A DNA stretch of 40,000 bases. It comes from Fidelibacterota bacterium (GTDB taxonomy: Bacteria > Fidelibacterota > Marinisomatia > Marinisomatales > TCS55). The notes under the pieces were generated by a model, which saw only the letters and a program-made list of their open reading frames with translations, did no database searches and had not been told where the DNA came from. Made by a program: the position numbers and the translations under genes. The stretch is taken from NCBI GenBank assembly GCA_027251445.1, contig JAPNQO010000084.1, positions 1 to 40,000 of the forward strand, in the 5' to 3' direction. How positions within the stretch are numbered: the first letter of the stretch is position 1; every line of letters begins with the position of its first letter. Positions 8,780 to 19,728 of the stretch are shown here, piece after piece.

Positions 8780-11700
8780 TCAATCTAATTTTACTGAAAC
8801 AAGTTGAGATACACCTTTTTTCTCCATTGTAACACCATATAGAAAGTTAGCAGATTCCATCGTCAATTTATTATGTGTCACAACAATGAATTGGGTTTCA
8901 TTAGAAAAGTTATTTAGGACTCTAGTAAATTTTCTAATATTTACATCATCTAATGGTGCATCAACCTCATCAAGTATACAATATGGGCTTGGCTTTACTT
9001 GATATATAGAAAATAATAATGCAATAGCTGTTAAGGCTTTTTCGCCAGCTGATAATTGTCTAAGAGACTGGTTGCGCTTGCCAGGAGGCTGAGCATGGAT
9101 TCCAATATTTGCTTCTAAAGGATCCGGATCTCCTTCAAGCCTGAGCGAACCACGACCACCTTCAAAGAACATTGTAAATAATTTTTCAAAATTCTTACCT
9201 ATATCTTCAAAGGTTGTTTGAAATTTTTCTCTTGCTATTTTATCTATTTCTTGAATTGTATCTAATAAATTTTGTTCTGCTTTTATTAAATCATCTTTTT
9301 GGTCTTTTAACATCATCAAGCGTTCGCTCTCTTCCTCATGCTCAACTTGAACGGCCATATTTATTGGTCCTATGTTTTCAATACTTTTTTCAATCCTCTC
9401 TGTTGCAAGATTTAATTCATTTTCAGTTTGATCAACAATCATATCTTCAGGTATACTTGCATTATAACTTTCAAATATTCTTTCAGAAACAAAATTAATA
9501 CGCTGATCTAAATCCGCAACTTTCAACTCACAATTTTTCAATTCTTCAATTAAAGATTCTCTATTTTTTTGTTCTGATCTGATTTGCGCCTGCATTTCTT
9601 CAATAATTACATATGATTCATTTGCAGCTTCTTGCTTTAGGTTAAGAATAGACTCTTTTTTACTGACCATAGCATTTATATCAGATAATTTTTTTTCAGC
9701 AACAGAAACTAACTTTCTTAAATTCTTTTCACTCTCTTTAATATCTTTTATTTCATTTTTAATTTCAGACTCTCTGCTTACAAACTCTTTTATCGTTTCC
9801 ACAGCAGTAGACTCCTGAAAACTTATATTTTCTCTTTGACCTTCAAGGTTAAGATGATTTATTCTAGCATCCTGTAACTGTTGGCGAATCTCATCTCTTG
9901 AAGATTTAACTTTGAGTAATTCTTCATTATTGTTCTGAATTTCTTTCAAATATTTACTAAGTCTCCTCTCCTCTTTTTTTATAGTTGCTTTTAAAGATCT
10001 TCTTAAGATTGTTTGGCTTTTAACGTCTTTTTGATTCAATGAAATAATTGCATCTGAACCAGCAACAGATTCAGATAGTCCAGATCTTTGCATGTTAAGA
10101 TTATCTAAAGTGTTATCAATCTCAGAAAAAGATTTATTTAAATCATTTGAGTCTTTTTTTGAATTATTTATTATTTTTTCTTTTCTTTCTTTTGTATTAA
10201 TAATCTTATCTAATTCTTTCTTCAGATTATTATGCAATGACTTCTTTAGTTCAATTTTTTCTTTAATTTTATGTAATTGCTCTTTTCTTCCAACTAACCC
10301 TAAACTCTTTTTATTTGATGGTCGATCAATAATCATTCCTTTTATTAAAATAACGCCGTCCTGTCCAATCATATCAATACCTTTTAGACTACTATCAGCC
10401 ATTGCAAGCGTTACATCCTTCACTATAATAATATTACCTAAAAGAAAATCTACTAATGGTTTAAAATTTGAGGATACTTTTACTAAATCAATTGCACGAC
10501 TAATAACATTTTTATTCGATTTAACTGATTTACCAACTACCTTAACTTGAGGAATACTATCAAGAGGAATGACCATAATTCGTCCTGATTTTCGACTGCG
10601 AACCAATTCTAAAATATCAATTGCATTCTTTTGATTCTTAGTAATTATGCACTTTGCATATTCCCCAAGAGCTATTTCAATTGAAGCTACTATAGATTTA
10701 TCAATATTTATCAAATCACCAACAGTTCCTAAAGATCCTTTATATATCTTTTTATTATTTAAAACATCTCTTACGCCTTTTGGATATCCTTCTGCTCCAT
10801 TCACCAATTCTTGATAAAAAGAATGTTTTGATTCAAGAGCGTCAATAGCTGATAGCATCCTATTTTTATTTGTTTCTATATCATATTTTTCTTTCTCTAG
10901 TTTTAATAGCTCTTCATCATTTTGGTCTAAAATAATTTTATTTTTATCTATCTTCTCAAGCAGGCCCTTCTTTTTTGATTGGTATTTTTTTATATCTTCT
11001 AGAATACCATCTAATTCTTTACGTGTTACACTGACTTTTTTATTGAGCTCTAAAGTATTTTGCTTCTTTTCATTAATTATTGCTTCTGCATTATCATACA
11101 TTGATTTTTTATCAGATAATTTTTTCTGATATTCCCAGCGCTTTTCCTTTATAATATCTAAATTTGATTGCATACTTATTAACTTATTATCAATACTATT
11201 AAACTCAATTTGTTTCTTCTTAAAAAGGTTTAAACAAGAATCTATTTTAGGCTTCAATTGCTTAATTGATTTTTGATAATCCGATAAATGACTATCAAGC
11301 TCTTTAGATTTTCTGGTATTTTTTTCCTGCTCTATATTTAAACGGTCTAAAGATATATGCGCAGAACGTGATTGTTCTTTCCATATTATAACATCACTTT
11401 GTAAAGATTCACGTTTCTCATTGTAGTCAGTTAATTGATTCCTATAATTATCTAATTCATCCTGTTGAGATTTATAACCTTTTTGTAAAGATACTAATTT
11501 TTTTTCAATATCAGATTCTTCAGACTGATTTGAATCCCGTAAGTGATTAAGTTCTTCAATACGTTTTTTGAGAGGATGCAAATCTGAGCGATAATTATGT
11601 GTTTGTAAGAAAGCTAATGAAATTTCTTTTGTTTTTAAATCATCTAGCAATTTTGAATGACGTTCAAAACGCTTTAACTGGAGTGAAAGAGATTTTACTT

Positions 11701-12301
11701 TTGCCTCAATTTCTAAAATTAAATCATTTACTCTATTCAAATCAGAACGAGTAGATTCAAATTTTCTCAGAGTAGATTTCTTTTGTATTTTATATTTATT
11801 TATGCCAGAAGCCTCTTCGAACATCCTTCTTCTATCATCTCCAGTTTCAGATAAAATCTGTTCAATCATTTTTAATTCAATAACAGAATAAGCATCTGAG
11901 CCCATGCCTGTATCAACAAATAAGTCATGAATATCTTTAAGCCTACAGGGGGTTCGATTCATGAAATATTCACTCTCTCCACTCCTAAATAATCTCCTGC
12001 CTATTTCAATATCATTATACTCTATTGGAAGTTTACCTTTATTATTATGTACTGTTAACGATACTTCACATACACTTAAAGGTTTTATATTTTTAGCACC
12101 ATTAAAAATAATATCTTCCTTTTTACCACTTCTAAGAATACTATGTTTTTGCTCACCAAGCACCCAACGAATAGCATCTACGATATTTGTTTTACCGCAC
12201 CCATTTGGACCTACAATTGCTGTAATTCCTTCACCAAAATGCACAACATCCTTTTTTGCAAAGGACTTGAAACCATGCATTGTTAATTCTGATATATACA
12301 T
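8780..12301 (-). CDS. smc: Chromosome segregation protein SMC
   Basis: 1173 aa. Walker A GPNGCGKTNIVDAIRWVLGEQ, long coiled-coil arms, a central hinge (GSLGTVGDLINIDKSIVASIEIALG), signature LSAGEKALTAIALLFSI, and Walker B YCILDEVDAPLDD. Confidence 0.93.
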   Translation of the reverse strand: MYISELTMHGFKSFAKKDVVHFGEGITAIVGPNGCGKTNIVDAIRWVLGEQKHSILRSGKKEDIIFNGAKNIKPLSVCEVSLTVHNNKGKLPIEYNDIEIGRRLFRSGESEYFMNRTPCRLKDIHDLFVDTGMGSDAYSVIELKMIEQILSETGDDRRRMFEEASGINKYKIQKKSTLRKFESTRSDLNRVNDLILEIEAKVKSLSLQLKRFERHSKLLDDLKTKEISLAFLQTHNYRSDLHPLKKRIEELNHLRDSNQSEESDIEKKLVSLQKGYKSQQDELDNYRNQLTDYNEKRESLQSDVIIWKEQSRSAHISLDRLNIEQEKNTRKSKELDSHLSDYQKSIKQLKPKIDSCLNLFKKKQIEFNSIDNKLISMQSNLDIIKEKRWEYQKKLSDKKSMYDNAEAIINEKKQNTLELNKKVSVTRKELDGILEDIKKYQSKKKGLLEKIDKNKIILDQNDEELLKLEKEKYDIETNKNRMLSAIDALESKHSFYQELVNGAEGYPKGVRDVLNNKKIYKGSLGTVGDLINIDKSIVASIEIALGEYAKCIITKNQKNAIDILELVRSRKSGRIMVIPLDSIPQVKVVGKSVKSNKNVISRAIDLVKVSSNFKPLVDFLLGNIIIVKDVTLAMADSSLKGIDMIGQDGVILIKGMIIDRPSNKKSLGLVGRKEQLHKIKEKIELKKSLHNNLKKELDKIINTKERKEKIINNSKKDSNDLNKSFSEIDNTLDNLNMQRSGLSESVAGSDAIISLNQKDVKSQTILRRSLKATIKKEERRLSKYLKEIQNNNEELLKVKSSRDEIRQQLQDARINHLNLEGQRENISFQESTAVETIKEFVSRESEIKNEIKDIKESEKNLRKLVSVAEKKLSDINAMVSKKESILNLKQEAANESYVIIEEMQAQIRSEQKNRESLIEELKNCELKVADLDQRINFVSERIFESYNASIPEDMIVDQTENELNLATERIEKSIENIGPINMAVQVEHEEESERLMMLKDQKDDLIKAEQNLLDTIQEIDKIAREKFQTTFEDIGKNFEKLFTMFFEGGRGSLRLEGDPDPLEANIGIHAQPPGKRNQSLRQLSAGEKALTAIALLFSIYQVKPSPYCILDEVDAPLDDVNIRKFTRVLNNFSNETQFIVVTHNKLTMESANFLYGVTMEKKGVSQLVSVKLD

Positions 12302-12368
12302 TCCGAGGTATTGTGGACTATAATTTTAATGAAAATGCCTCGAGAAAACTATTATTTTAAATAAAATT

Positions 12369-12713
12369 TTACCCAGGGGGCCATCCTAATTTTCTTCCTC
12401 CTAGCAAATGAAGATGAATATGATATACAGTTTGACCTCCATCTTCATTACAATTAAACACTGTACGATATCCAGTGCTATTTATATTTTCGGTCTTGGC
12501 TAATTTCTGAGCTACTAAAAACATTTCTCCAATTAATTCAGAATCATTGGGGTTAAAATCATTTATTGTTGATATGTGTTTTTTAGGAATTATAAGAATA
12601 TGAGTTGGTGCTTGAGGATTAATATCTTCAAATGCAATAATTGAATCATTTTCTATCAATTTTTCAGATTGTATTTTATTATTTACAATATCACAAAATA
12701 AACAACTAGCCAT
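12369..12713 (-). CDS. HIT family (histidine triad nucleotide-binding) protein
   Basis: 114 aa. CLFCDI N-terminus and the histidine triad VYHIHLHLLGG. Confidence 0.88.
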   Translation of the reverse strand: MASCLFCDIVNNKIQSEKLIENDSIIAFEDINPQAPTHILIIPKKHISTINDFNPNDSELIGEMFLVAQKLAKTENINSTGYRTVFNCNEDGGQTVYHIHLHLLGGRKLGWPPG

Positions 12714-12718
12714 AATTC

Positions 12719-13447
12719 TTAGTCTCCATTTATAAGTTGATTAATAATAGATAAAGCAGATACAGCTGCAGTTTCTGTTCTTAAGCGTCTTTTTCCTAAT
12801 GATATAAACGTAGCTTTATAGCTTTCTAATAATGATATCTCTTTATCGCTAAAATGACCCTCAGGGCCAATAATTAAACTAATCTTATTATAGTTAGTGG
12901 ATAATAATTTTTGTACATCAGAAATTTTATTATTTGAATTCTGCGCACATACAATTATTAGTGAATTATCTTGTGAAGATATCCAATCATTTAGATGCTG
13001 AGGTTTATATATAATAGGAATTCTAGAACGAGCACATTGCTTAACTGATGACTTTATGATAGCTTGATAGCGTTCAAGATTAATAGAATGATACTTATTT
13101 GATCTATCCATTTGGATAGGAAAAATATTTGATACTCCACACTCTGTGGATTTTTCGATCGCCCATCGCATCCTTGAAGGTTTAATAATTCCTATCGCAA
13201 GATTAATCTCGCATTTAGGCTCTCCAAACCCAGGAAATACATTTGTGATTTTTCCAGAAACTTTTTCTTTGGATATATGATCTATTATAGCGCTATATGC
13301 TGTACCAAATCCGTCAATTAAGTAGATTTTATCATCAATCTTTAATCTTAAAACATTTATAATGTGATGAGATTCTTCATCATCCAAAAAGAAATGCTTT
13401 TTATCAATATTATTAAGTTTTACAAAAAAAGAACGAAAATTAGACAA
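12719..13447 (-). CDS. rsmE: 16S rRNA (uracil1498-N3)-methyltransferase
   Basis: 242 aa. HHIINVLRLKIDDKIYLIDG PUA-like N-terminus and the C-terminal SPOUT motif LIIGPEGHFSDKEI...GKRRLRTETAAV. TTG start at 13447..13445, with no nearby ATG. Confidence 0.85.
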   Translation of the reverse strand: MSNFRSFFVKLNNIDKKHFFLDDEESHHIINVLRLKIDDKIYLIDGFGTAYSAIIDHISKEKVSGKITNVFPGFGEPKCEINLAIGIIKPSRMRWAIEKSTECGVSNIFPIQMDRSNKYHSINLERYQAIIKSSVKQCARSRIPIIYKPQHLNDWISSQDNSLIIVCAQNSNNKISDVQKLLSTNYNKISLIIGPEGHFSDKEISLLESYKATFISLGKRRLRTETAAVSALSIINQLINGD

Positions 13448-13450
13448 AAA

Positions 13451-14038
13451 CTATTTCTTCCAATTATAACCAAAACGAACTAAAGCACCGCTGTATTTGT
13501 TTCTACCATCAATTTCTTGTGGCATTGGTAACATATCATAGCCAACTCTAACTGTTAAAATAGTATTATTTGAAGTTAATACATCTCCTCCTAAACCAAA
13601 AAAGCCACCCCACGAATGATGATATTGCAAGTTATCATACCATGTTTGCTTAAAGGAGCCACTTTCTGCGCCATCTAGTATTAAAATTGGTCCAATCTTA
13701 ATACTAAAAAATGGTGAGAAATTATTTGCTATCTTACCAACAAATGGATAGTATTTTATACCTGAAAATAAAGGGAGTAAAAGCAGGTTGATATTATTAA
13801 ACTTATATGATCTTCCTGTGTAATAATCTTGCATTATTATTTCATCGGGGTGTTTTGCATCATACAACCTTATTTCACCAACAAAAGATAATTTTTTATC
13901 CTTGAACCAAGTCCGATTGTACGATAATCCCGCTCCACTTTCACCAACGTCTAAACCAAATCCGCTATAGTTTAATGATGAATATTCTTGTGCAAATACA
14001 CTACTTACTAAAAAAAATATCAATATTATTTTTTTCAA
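13451..14038 (-). CDS. Small outer-membrane beta-barrel protein (hypothetical)
   Basis: 195 aa. Signal peptide MKKIILIFFLVSSVFA/QE, alternating hydrophobic and Gly/aromatic-rich strands, and an aromatic C-terminus (VRFGYNWKK). TTG start forms a TTGA overlap with the ferredoxin stop. Confidence 0.5.
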   Translation of the reverse strand: MKKIILIFFLVSSVFAQEYSSLNYSGFGLDVGESGAGLSYNRTWFKDKKLSFVGEIRLYDAKHPDEIIMQDYYTGRSYKFNNINLLLLPLFSGIKYYPFVGKIANNFSPFFSIKIGPILILDGAESGSFKQTWYDNLQYHHSWGGFFGLGGDVLTSNNTILTVRVGYDMLPMPQEIDGRNKYSGALVRFGYNWKK

Positions 14039-14391
14039 CTTTCCATCTCCTTTAATAATTGCAATTCATTCCATGTGTTTTTGTCAGCTGCAAGGCTTTT
14101 TACTGGTTTATTATTTAGAATATTTGAATTAAAAATTTCATCTACATCATTTAATTTAACCTTGGTATACCAGACTGCATCAGGATAAATCACAACAACT
14201 GGGCCAAGCTCACATACATCCAAACAACCACTTTTATTTGCACGTATAATGCCTTTCAACCCATATTCATTAATTAATTGTACAAACCTCATTCTAATAT
14301 CAGCACCCCCACACTTTGAACAGCTTCCTCGTTTACTATTATCAGGTCTTTCATTTACGCAAATAAATATATGTTTGTCATATTTACTCAA
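14035..14391 (-). CDS. Thioredoxin-like [2Fe-2S] ferredoxin
   Basis: 118 aa. Cys spacing C11-x12-C24-x31-C56-x3-C60 (HIFICVNERP...GSCSKCG...SGCLDVCELGPVVVIYP) matches thioredoxin-like 2Fe-2S ferredoxins. TTG start forms a TTGA overlap with the upstream dehydrogenase stop. Confidence 0.75.
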   Translation of the reverse strand: MSKYDKHIFICVNERPDNSKRGSCSKCGGADIRMRFVQLINEYGLKGIIRANKSGCLDVCELGPVVVIYPDAVWYTKVKLNDVDEIFNSNILNNKPVKSLAADKNTWNELQLLKEMES

Positions 14392-15410
14392 GGGACAAGT
14401 ACTACTTTTCCAAATTGATTGCTATCTTCAACATACTTATGTGCATCCCTTATATTTTCCATCGAAAAGACCTTATCTATTTCTGGTATGATTTTCCCAC
14501 TCGCAACAAGATTCTTTATATCATTTAATGCAGAAAGCGTACCCATTGTTGAACCTAAAATAGACTGTTGTTTAAAAAAAATATATCTCAAATCAATTGA
14601 TACCTTTGGTCCGGTGGTTGATCCGCAAGTTACTAACCTTCCATATTTGCTTAATATCTTCATCGACGTACTCCATGTCTCAAGCCCAGTATGTTCAAAT
14701 ATAACATCAACGCCTCTTCCATTAGTAAAGTTTTTGACTTCAGAAATTATATCATCTTTATAATGATTTAAAATTAAGTCTGCACCTAATTTTGAGGCAT
14801 GTTCACACTTATCTTTTGAGCCACCCGTTGCTATAACTTTACATCCATATAATTTAGCAATCTGTAAACCAAACGACCCAACGCCTGAACTTGCAGCCCA
14901 AATTAATACCGTATCAGTTTTTTTTAACTTAGCCCTATTTACAAGCATTTGAAATGATGTTTGCCCAGCAAGTGGAAAAGAAGCTGCAGATTCAAAACTA
15001 ATAGATTTGGGTTTCCTGATTAAATTTCTTGGGTTCAAAGCTATGAACTCGCAGTTAGTTCCATTTGTTGTCTCACCAAGTATACCCATTGAATTACATT
15101 GATTTTCTTTATTTTCTAAACAAGATGAGCAATTACCACAAAATAAGAGAGGGTTTATAATTACTTCATCTCCAATACTAAATTTATCTACCTTTCTTCC
15201 TAGCTCAGTGACAACACCTGAACCATCACTTCCAATTACCATAGGTAAAGATATACCAGGAATACCTTTTCGAATCCAGATATCAAGATGATTAATGGCA
15301 GCTGCTTTTATTTTAACTAATATTTGATCTTCTTTTATTTCTGGTAATGGAATATCTTCCCATATTAAAACTTTTTCATCACCATGTTCATATAATCTTA
15401 CTGCCTTCAT
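14388..15410 (-). CDS. Zinc-type alcohol dehydrogenase / quinone oxidoreductase (MDR superfamily)
   Basis: 340 aa. GroES-like N-terminal domain, structural-zinc Cys cluster CGNCSSCLENKENQC, and Rossmann motif WAASSGVGSFGLQIAKLYG. The substrate cannot be inferred. Confidence 0.8.
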   Translation of the reverse strand: MKAVRLYEHGDEKVLIWEDIPLPEIKEDQILVKIKAAAINHLDIWIRKGIPGISLPMVIGSDGSGVVTELGRKVDKFSIGDEVIINPLLFCGNCSSCLENKENQCNSMGILGETTNGTNCEFIALNPRNLIRKPKSISFESAASFPLAGQTSFQMLVNRAKLKKTDTVLIWAASSGVGSFGLQIAKLYGCKVIATGGSKDKCEHASKLGADLILNHYKDDIISEVKNFTNGRGVDVIFEHTGLETWSTSMKILSKYGRLVTCGSTTGPKVSIDLRYIFFKQQSILGSTMGTLSALNDIKNLVASGKIIPEIDKVFSMENIRDAHKYVEDSNQFGKVVLVP

Positions 15411-15421
15411 TAAATGTATAA

Positions 15422-15865
15422 TTAATTCTTTTGTGAAAAAAACTTATAATCCAAACTAAACTTTCCTGGGCCAGAAATTAGCAATACAAGCATAACAATG
15501 AGGTACATTATAGCTAATTCAGGAAATTCTCCATCAACTAAATGATTCATTGAAGCAACAAACATAGTAAATAACAATAAAAATGCTGCCGGACGAGTAA
15601 AAATTCCAAATATTACCATAACCATTCCAATAGATTCTGAAAATGCAGCCATAAAACCAAAAAAAACGCTCATAAAATCAATACCGATAAAATCTGTCAA
15701 AGCTGTGCCCAAACGATTCCATTTTTCTTGACCAGCTAAAATTTTATTCCATCCATGATTAATAATCATCATAACACTGGCAATTACTCTTAAAATTAAC
15801 AGTGAATAAGAAACATATAGATCTTTTGGGTATAAATTATTTACTATGAGTTTAATTCTACTCAT
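15422..15865 (-). CDS. DoxX family membrane protein
   Basis: 147 aa with four hydrophobic helices. N-terminal LLILRVIASVMMIINHGWNKIL is typical of DoxX. Confidence 0.75.
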   Translation of the reverse strand: MSRIKLIVNNLYPKDLYVSYSLLILRVIASVMMIINHGWNKILAGQEKWNRLGTALTDFIGIDFMSVFFGFMAAFSESIGMVMVIFGIFTRPAAFLLLFTMFVASMNHLVDGEFPELAIMYLIVMLVLLISGPGKFSLDYKFFSQKN

Positions 15866-16035
15866 GATTTTTGATCAATATCCTCATAATCAGCATCTTG
15901 AATATCTAAATTTTTATATGAGTTTTTTACATTTTGAATATTCTGATTTCTTGATTTATTAAACCTTATTCGCGCTATAAATCTAAAACACTGTATTGCT
16001 AGATATATAAAGATTGCACTTAATATAATTTGCAT
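15862..16035 (-). CDS. Small membrane-anchored protein (57 aa) with an acidic C-terminal tail; reminiscent of DUF4834-type proteins
   Basis: Not in the ORF track because it is below the size cutoff. My translation: MQIILSAIFIYLAIQCFRFIARIRFNKSRNQNIQNVKNSYKNLDIQDADYEDIDQKS*. It fills an otherwise 175-nt gap. Its TGA overlaps the DoxX ATG (ATGA), and its ATG sits 5 nt after the deoxynucleoside kinase stop. One N-terminal TM helix, a basic stretch, then an acidic tail. Confidence 0.5.
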   Translation of the reverse strand: MQIILSAIFIYLAIQCFRFIARIRFNKSRNQNIQNVKNSYKNLDIQDADYEDIDQKS

Positions 16036-16040
16036 TTTAT

Positions 16041-16682
16041 TTATACACTGGAACTTGGATTAAAAAACTTAGTGCCTGATACTGGTTGCTTTATATACTG
16101 TATAACTTGATCAAGATCATCAGGATTATGTACAAAATCTATGTTATTTGTATTAATGATTACCAAGGGAGTATCATTATATCGAAAAAAATACTCTGTA
16201 TATATCTCATTAAGTTCATTGATATATTCATAAGAAATATTACTTTCAAAATTCCTACCTCTCTTATCGATATTTTTCATTAAAGAAGCAGTATCTGCTT
16301 GAAGATAGATTATCAGATCAGGGTTTATAACATTTCTTTCCATCATATTCGCTATACTATCATATAAATTCATTTCTTTATCATCAAGATTTAAGGAGGC
16401 AAATAAACGATCTTTGATAAACATGTAATCTGAAATCAAAAGATTATGAAACATATCTACCTGCCTAATATCTTGTTGTTGCTGATATCTTTGAAGAAGA
16501 AAAAATAATTGAGTCTGAAAAGCAAATCGTGTTGGGTCATCATAGAATTCTGATAGAAAAGGATTATCCTCAAATTTTTCTAAGATTAATTTAGCGCTTA
16601 ATCTCTTTGATAATAACTTTGCTAAACTAGTTTTTCCAACTCCAATTGGACCTTCAATAGCAATATAATTCAAGTTTCTCAT
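16041..16682 (-). CDS. Deoxynucleoside kinase
   Basis: 213 aa. P-loop IAIEGPIGVGKTSLAKLL, and dNK-family layout (LEKFEDNPFL, ISDYMFIKDRLFA, LQADTASLMKNIDKRGR). Confidence 0.85.
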   Translation of the reverse strand: MRNLNYIAIEGPIGVGKTSLAKLLSKRLSAKLILEKFEDNPFLSEFYDDPTRFAFQTQLFFLLQRYQQQQDIRQVDMFHNLLISDYMFIKDRLFASLNLDDKEMNLYDSIANMMERNVINPDLIIYLQADTASLMKNIDKRGRNFESNISYEYINELNEIYTEYFFRYNDTPLVIINTNNIDFVHNPDDLDQVIQYIKQPVSGTKFFNPSSSV

Positions 16683-17185
16683 GCGTTTTTTTCCATAATA
16701 TGCTTAACCACTTTACTTTTATCAGGACATGAGCTTAATAACTCAGATATTGTTGAACCAATTTTTTCTATGTGATAATCAGGTATTAATTCACAAAACG
16801 GTAATAAAACAAATTTCCTAAACATAAGCTCTGGATGTGGAATAATTAATTCATCTGTTTCAATATAAGAATTTCCATAACAAAGTATATCAATATCAAT
16901 TATTCTTGGTTGATTTTTATCCCTTTCCTTTGGCCTACCCAGAGTAAACTCGATGTGTTTAATTTTATCAAGAAAATCAAATGGATTTAGAGAAGAGTCA
17001 CAAGATATAATTGTGTTTAAAAAATTTGGCTGATTAGTATTGTATAATGGTTCAGATTCATAAAATGATGCGCTTTTAATATTTTTTACCCCATTGAATG
17101 TTCCTAACAAAGTAATTGCTGCTGCTAGATTTTCTTCACGGTCACCTAAATTTGAACCCAGACTTAAGATTACTAGTTCATACAT
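16679..17185 (-). CDS. folK: 2-amino-4-hydroxy-6-hydroxymethyldihydropteridine diphosphokinase
   Basis: 168 aa. ILSLGSNLGDREENL, FLNTIISCDS, RPRIIDIDIL, LIIPHPELMFRKFVLLP. Confidence 0.9.
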   Translation of the reverse strand: MYELVILSLGSNLGDREENLAAAITLLGTFNGVKNIKSASFYESEPLYNTNQPNFLNTIISCDSSLNPFDFLDKIKHIEFTLGRPKERDKNQPRIIDIDILCYGNSYIETDELIIPHPELMFRKFVLLPFCELIPDYHIEKIGSTISELLSSCPDKSKVVKHIMEKNA

Positions 17186-17546
17186 AGTCTGATTTTTCCC
17201 TTTTCAACTCAATCTCAACACTGTCTAATTTACCATTAAGCGGAGCATTAATTTTTCTTACACGAATGATCAATTTATCAATTTTATGTTCCTTAAATAT
17301 TGACATAGATATTGAATCAGCTAACTTCTCTAGAAGAAAGTAGCTTTTTGATCCAAAAGCTTTCTTAACTAATTCATATATATCTTCATAATTAATCGTG
17401 TCTTCAATGTTATCAGATTTAGAAGACTTTAAAAGAGGGGTGAATAATTCAAGATCAATCTCAAAATCAGTTCCTTTTTCTTTTTCAAAATCATAGACAC
17501 CATGATATCCATAAAAGGTCATGTTTTTTAATCGAATTATCCCCAT
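17178..17546 (-). CDS. folB: Dihydroneopterin aldolase
   Basis: 122 aa. FYGYHGVYDFEKEKGTDFEIDLEL and TINYEDIY motifs. 8-nt overlap with folK. Confidence 0.88.
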   Translation of the reverse strand: MGIIRLKNMTFYGYHGVYDFEKEKGTDFEIDLELFTPLLKSSKSDNIEDTINYEDIYELVKKAFGSKSYFLLEKLADSISMSIFKEHKIDKLIIRVRKINAPLNGKLDSVEIELKREKSDYV

Positions 17547-17591
17547 GAGCTTATGAATTTAATATAATGGTTTACGACTAATCAATTGCTG

Positions 17592-17628
17592 AAATAAAAA
17601 AGCCTCCCAAAAGGAGGCTTTTTTATTA
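17592..17628 (-). terminator. Rho-independent terminator after groEL (bidirectional architecture)
   Basis: A perfect 7-bp GC-rich stem, AGCCTCC (17601..17607) paired with GGAGGCT (17613..17619), with a 5-nt loop. It is flanked by an A-run upstream and a T-run downstream on the plus strand, so the minus strand also reads stem-loop followed by TTTTTATTT. Lies 25-60 nt after the groEL stop and before folB. Confidence 0.8.
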
Positions 17629-17651
17629 AAAAGGTTTAAATAAAACCTAGT

Positions 17652-19588
<1,937 letters not shown>

Positions 19589-19691
19589 TTTATTATTTCT
19601 CCTAATTAATTGGTTATATTTCTATTTATTATAATCTGCATTATTGGCAGCGCGGAATTTATGTTCTTATAATATTTATATACAAATATTT

Positions 19692-19718
19692 TTAGCACTC
19701 TATCAAAAAGAGTGCTAA
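19692..19718 (-). promoter_or_regulatory. CIRCE operator (HrcA binding site) upstream of groES-groEL
   Basis: TTAGCACTC (19692..19700), a 9-nt spacer, then GAGTGCTAA (19710..19718). This is a perfect match to the CIRCE consensus TTAGCACTC-N9-GAGTGCTAA. It lies 104 nt upstream of the groES ATG and 10 nt after the dut stop. Confidence 0.9.
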
Positions 19719-19728
19719 TACGTATAAA

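Noticed and set aside
8780-12301. Whether the SMC protein could belong to a defence system (Wadjet or Lamassu-like)
   Set aside because: It has canonical length, a central hinge and housekeeping neighbours (yebC-ruvCA). There are no JetA/B/D- or LmuA/B-like partners, so it is the chromosomal condensin SMC.
17632-17648. Second small hairpin (AGGTTT/AAACCT, 5-nt loop) right after the groEL stop
   Set aside because: It has only 6 bp with two G-C pairs. It is too weak to call on its own, and the adjacent GC-rich hairpin at 17601..17619 is the credible terminator.
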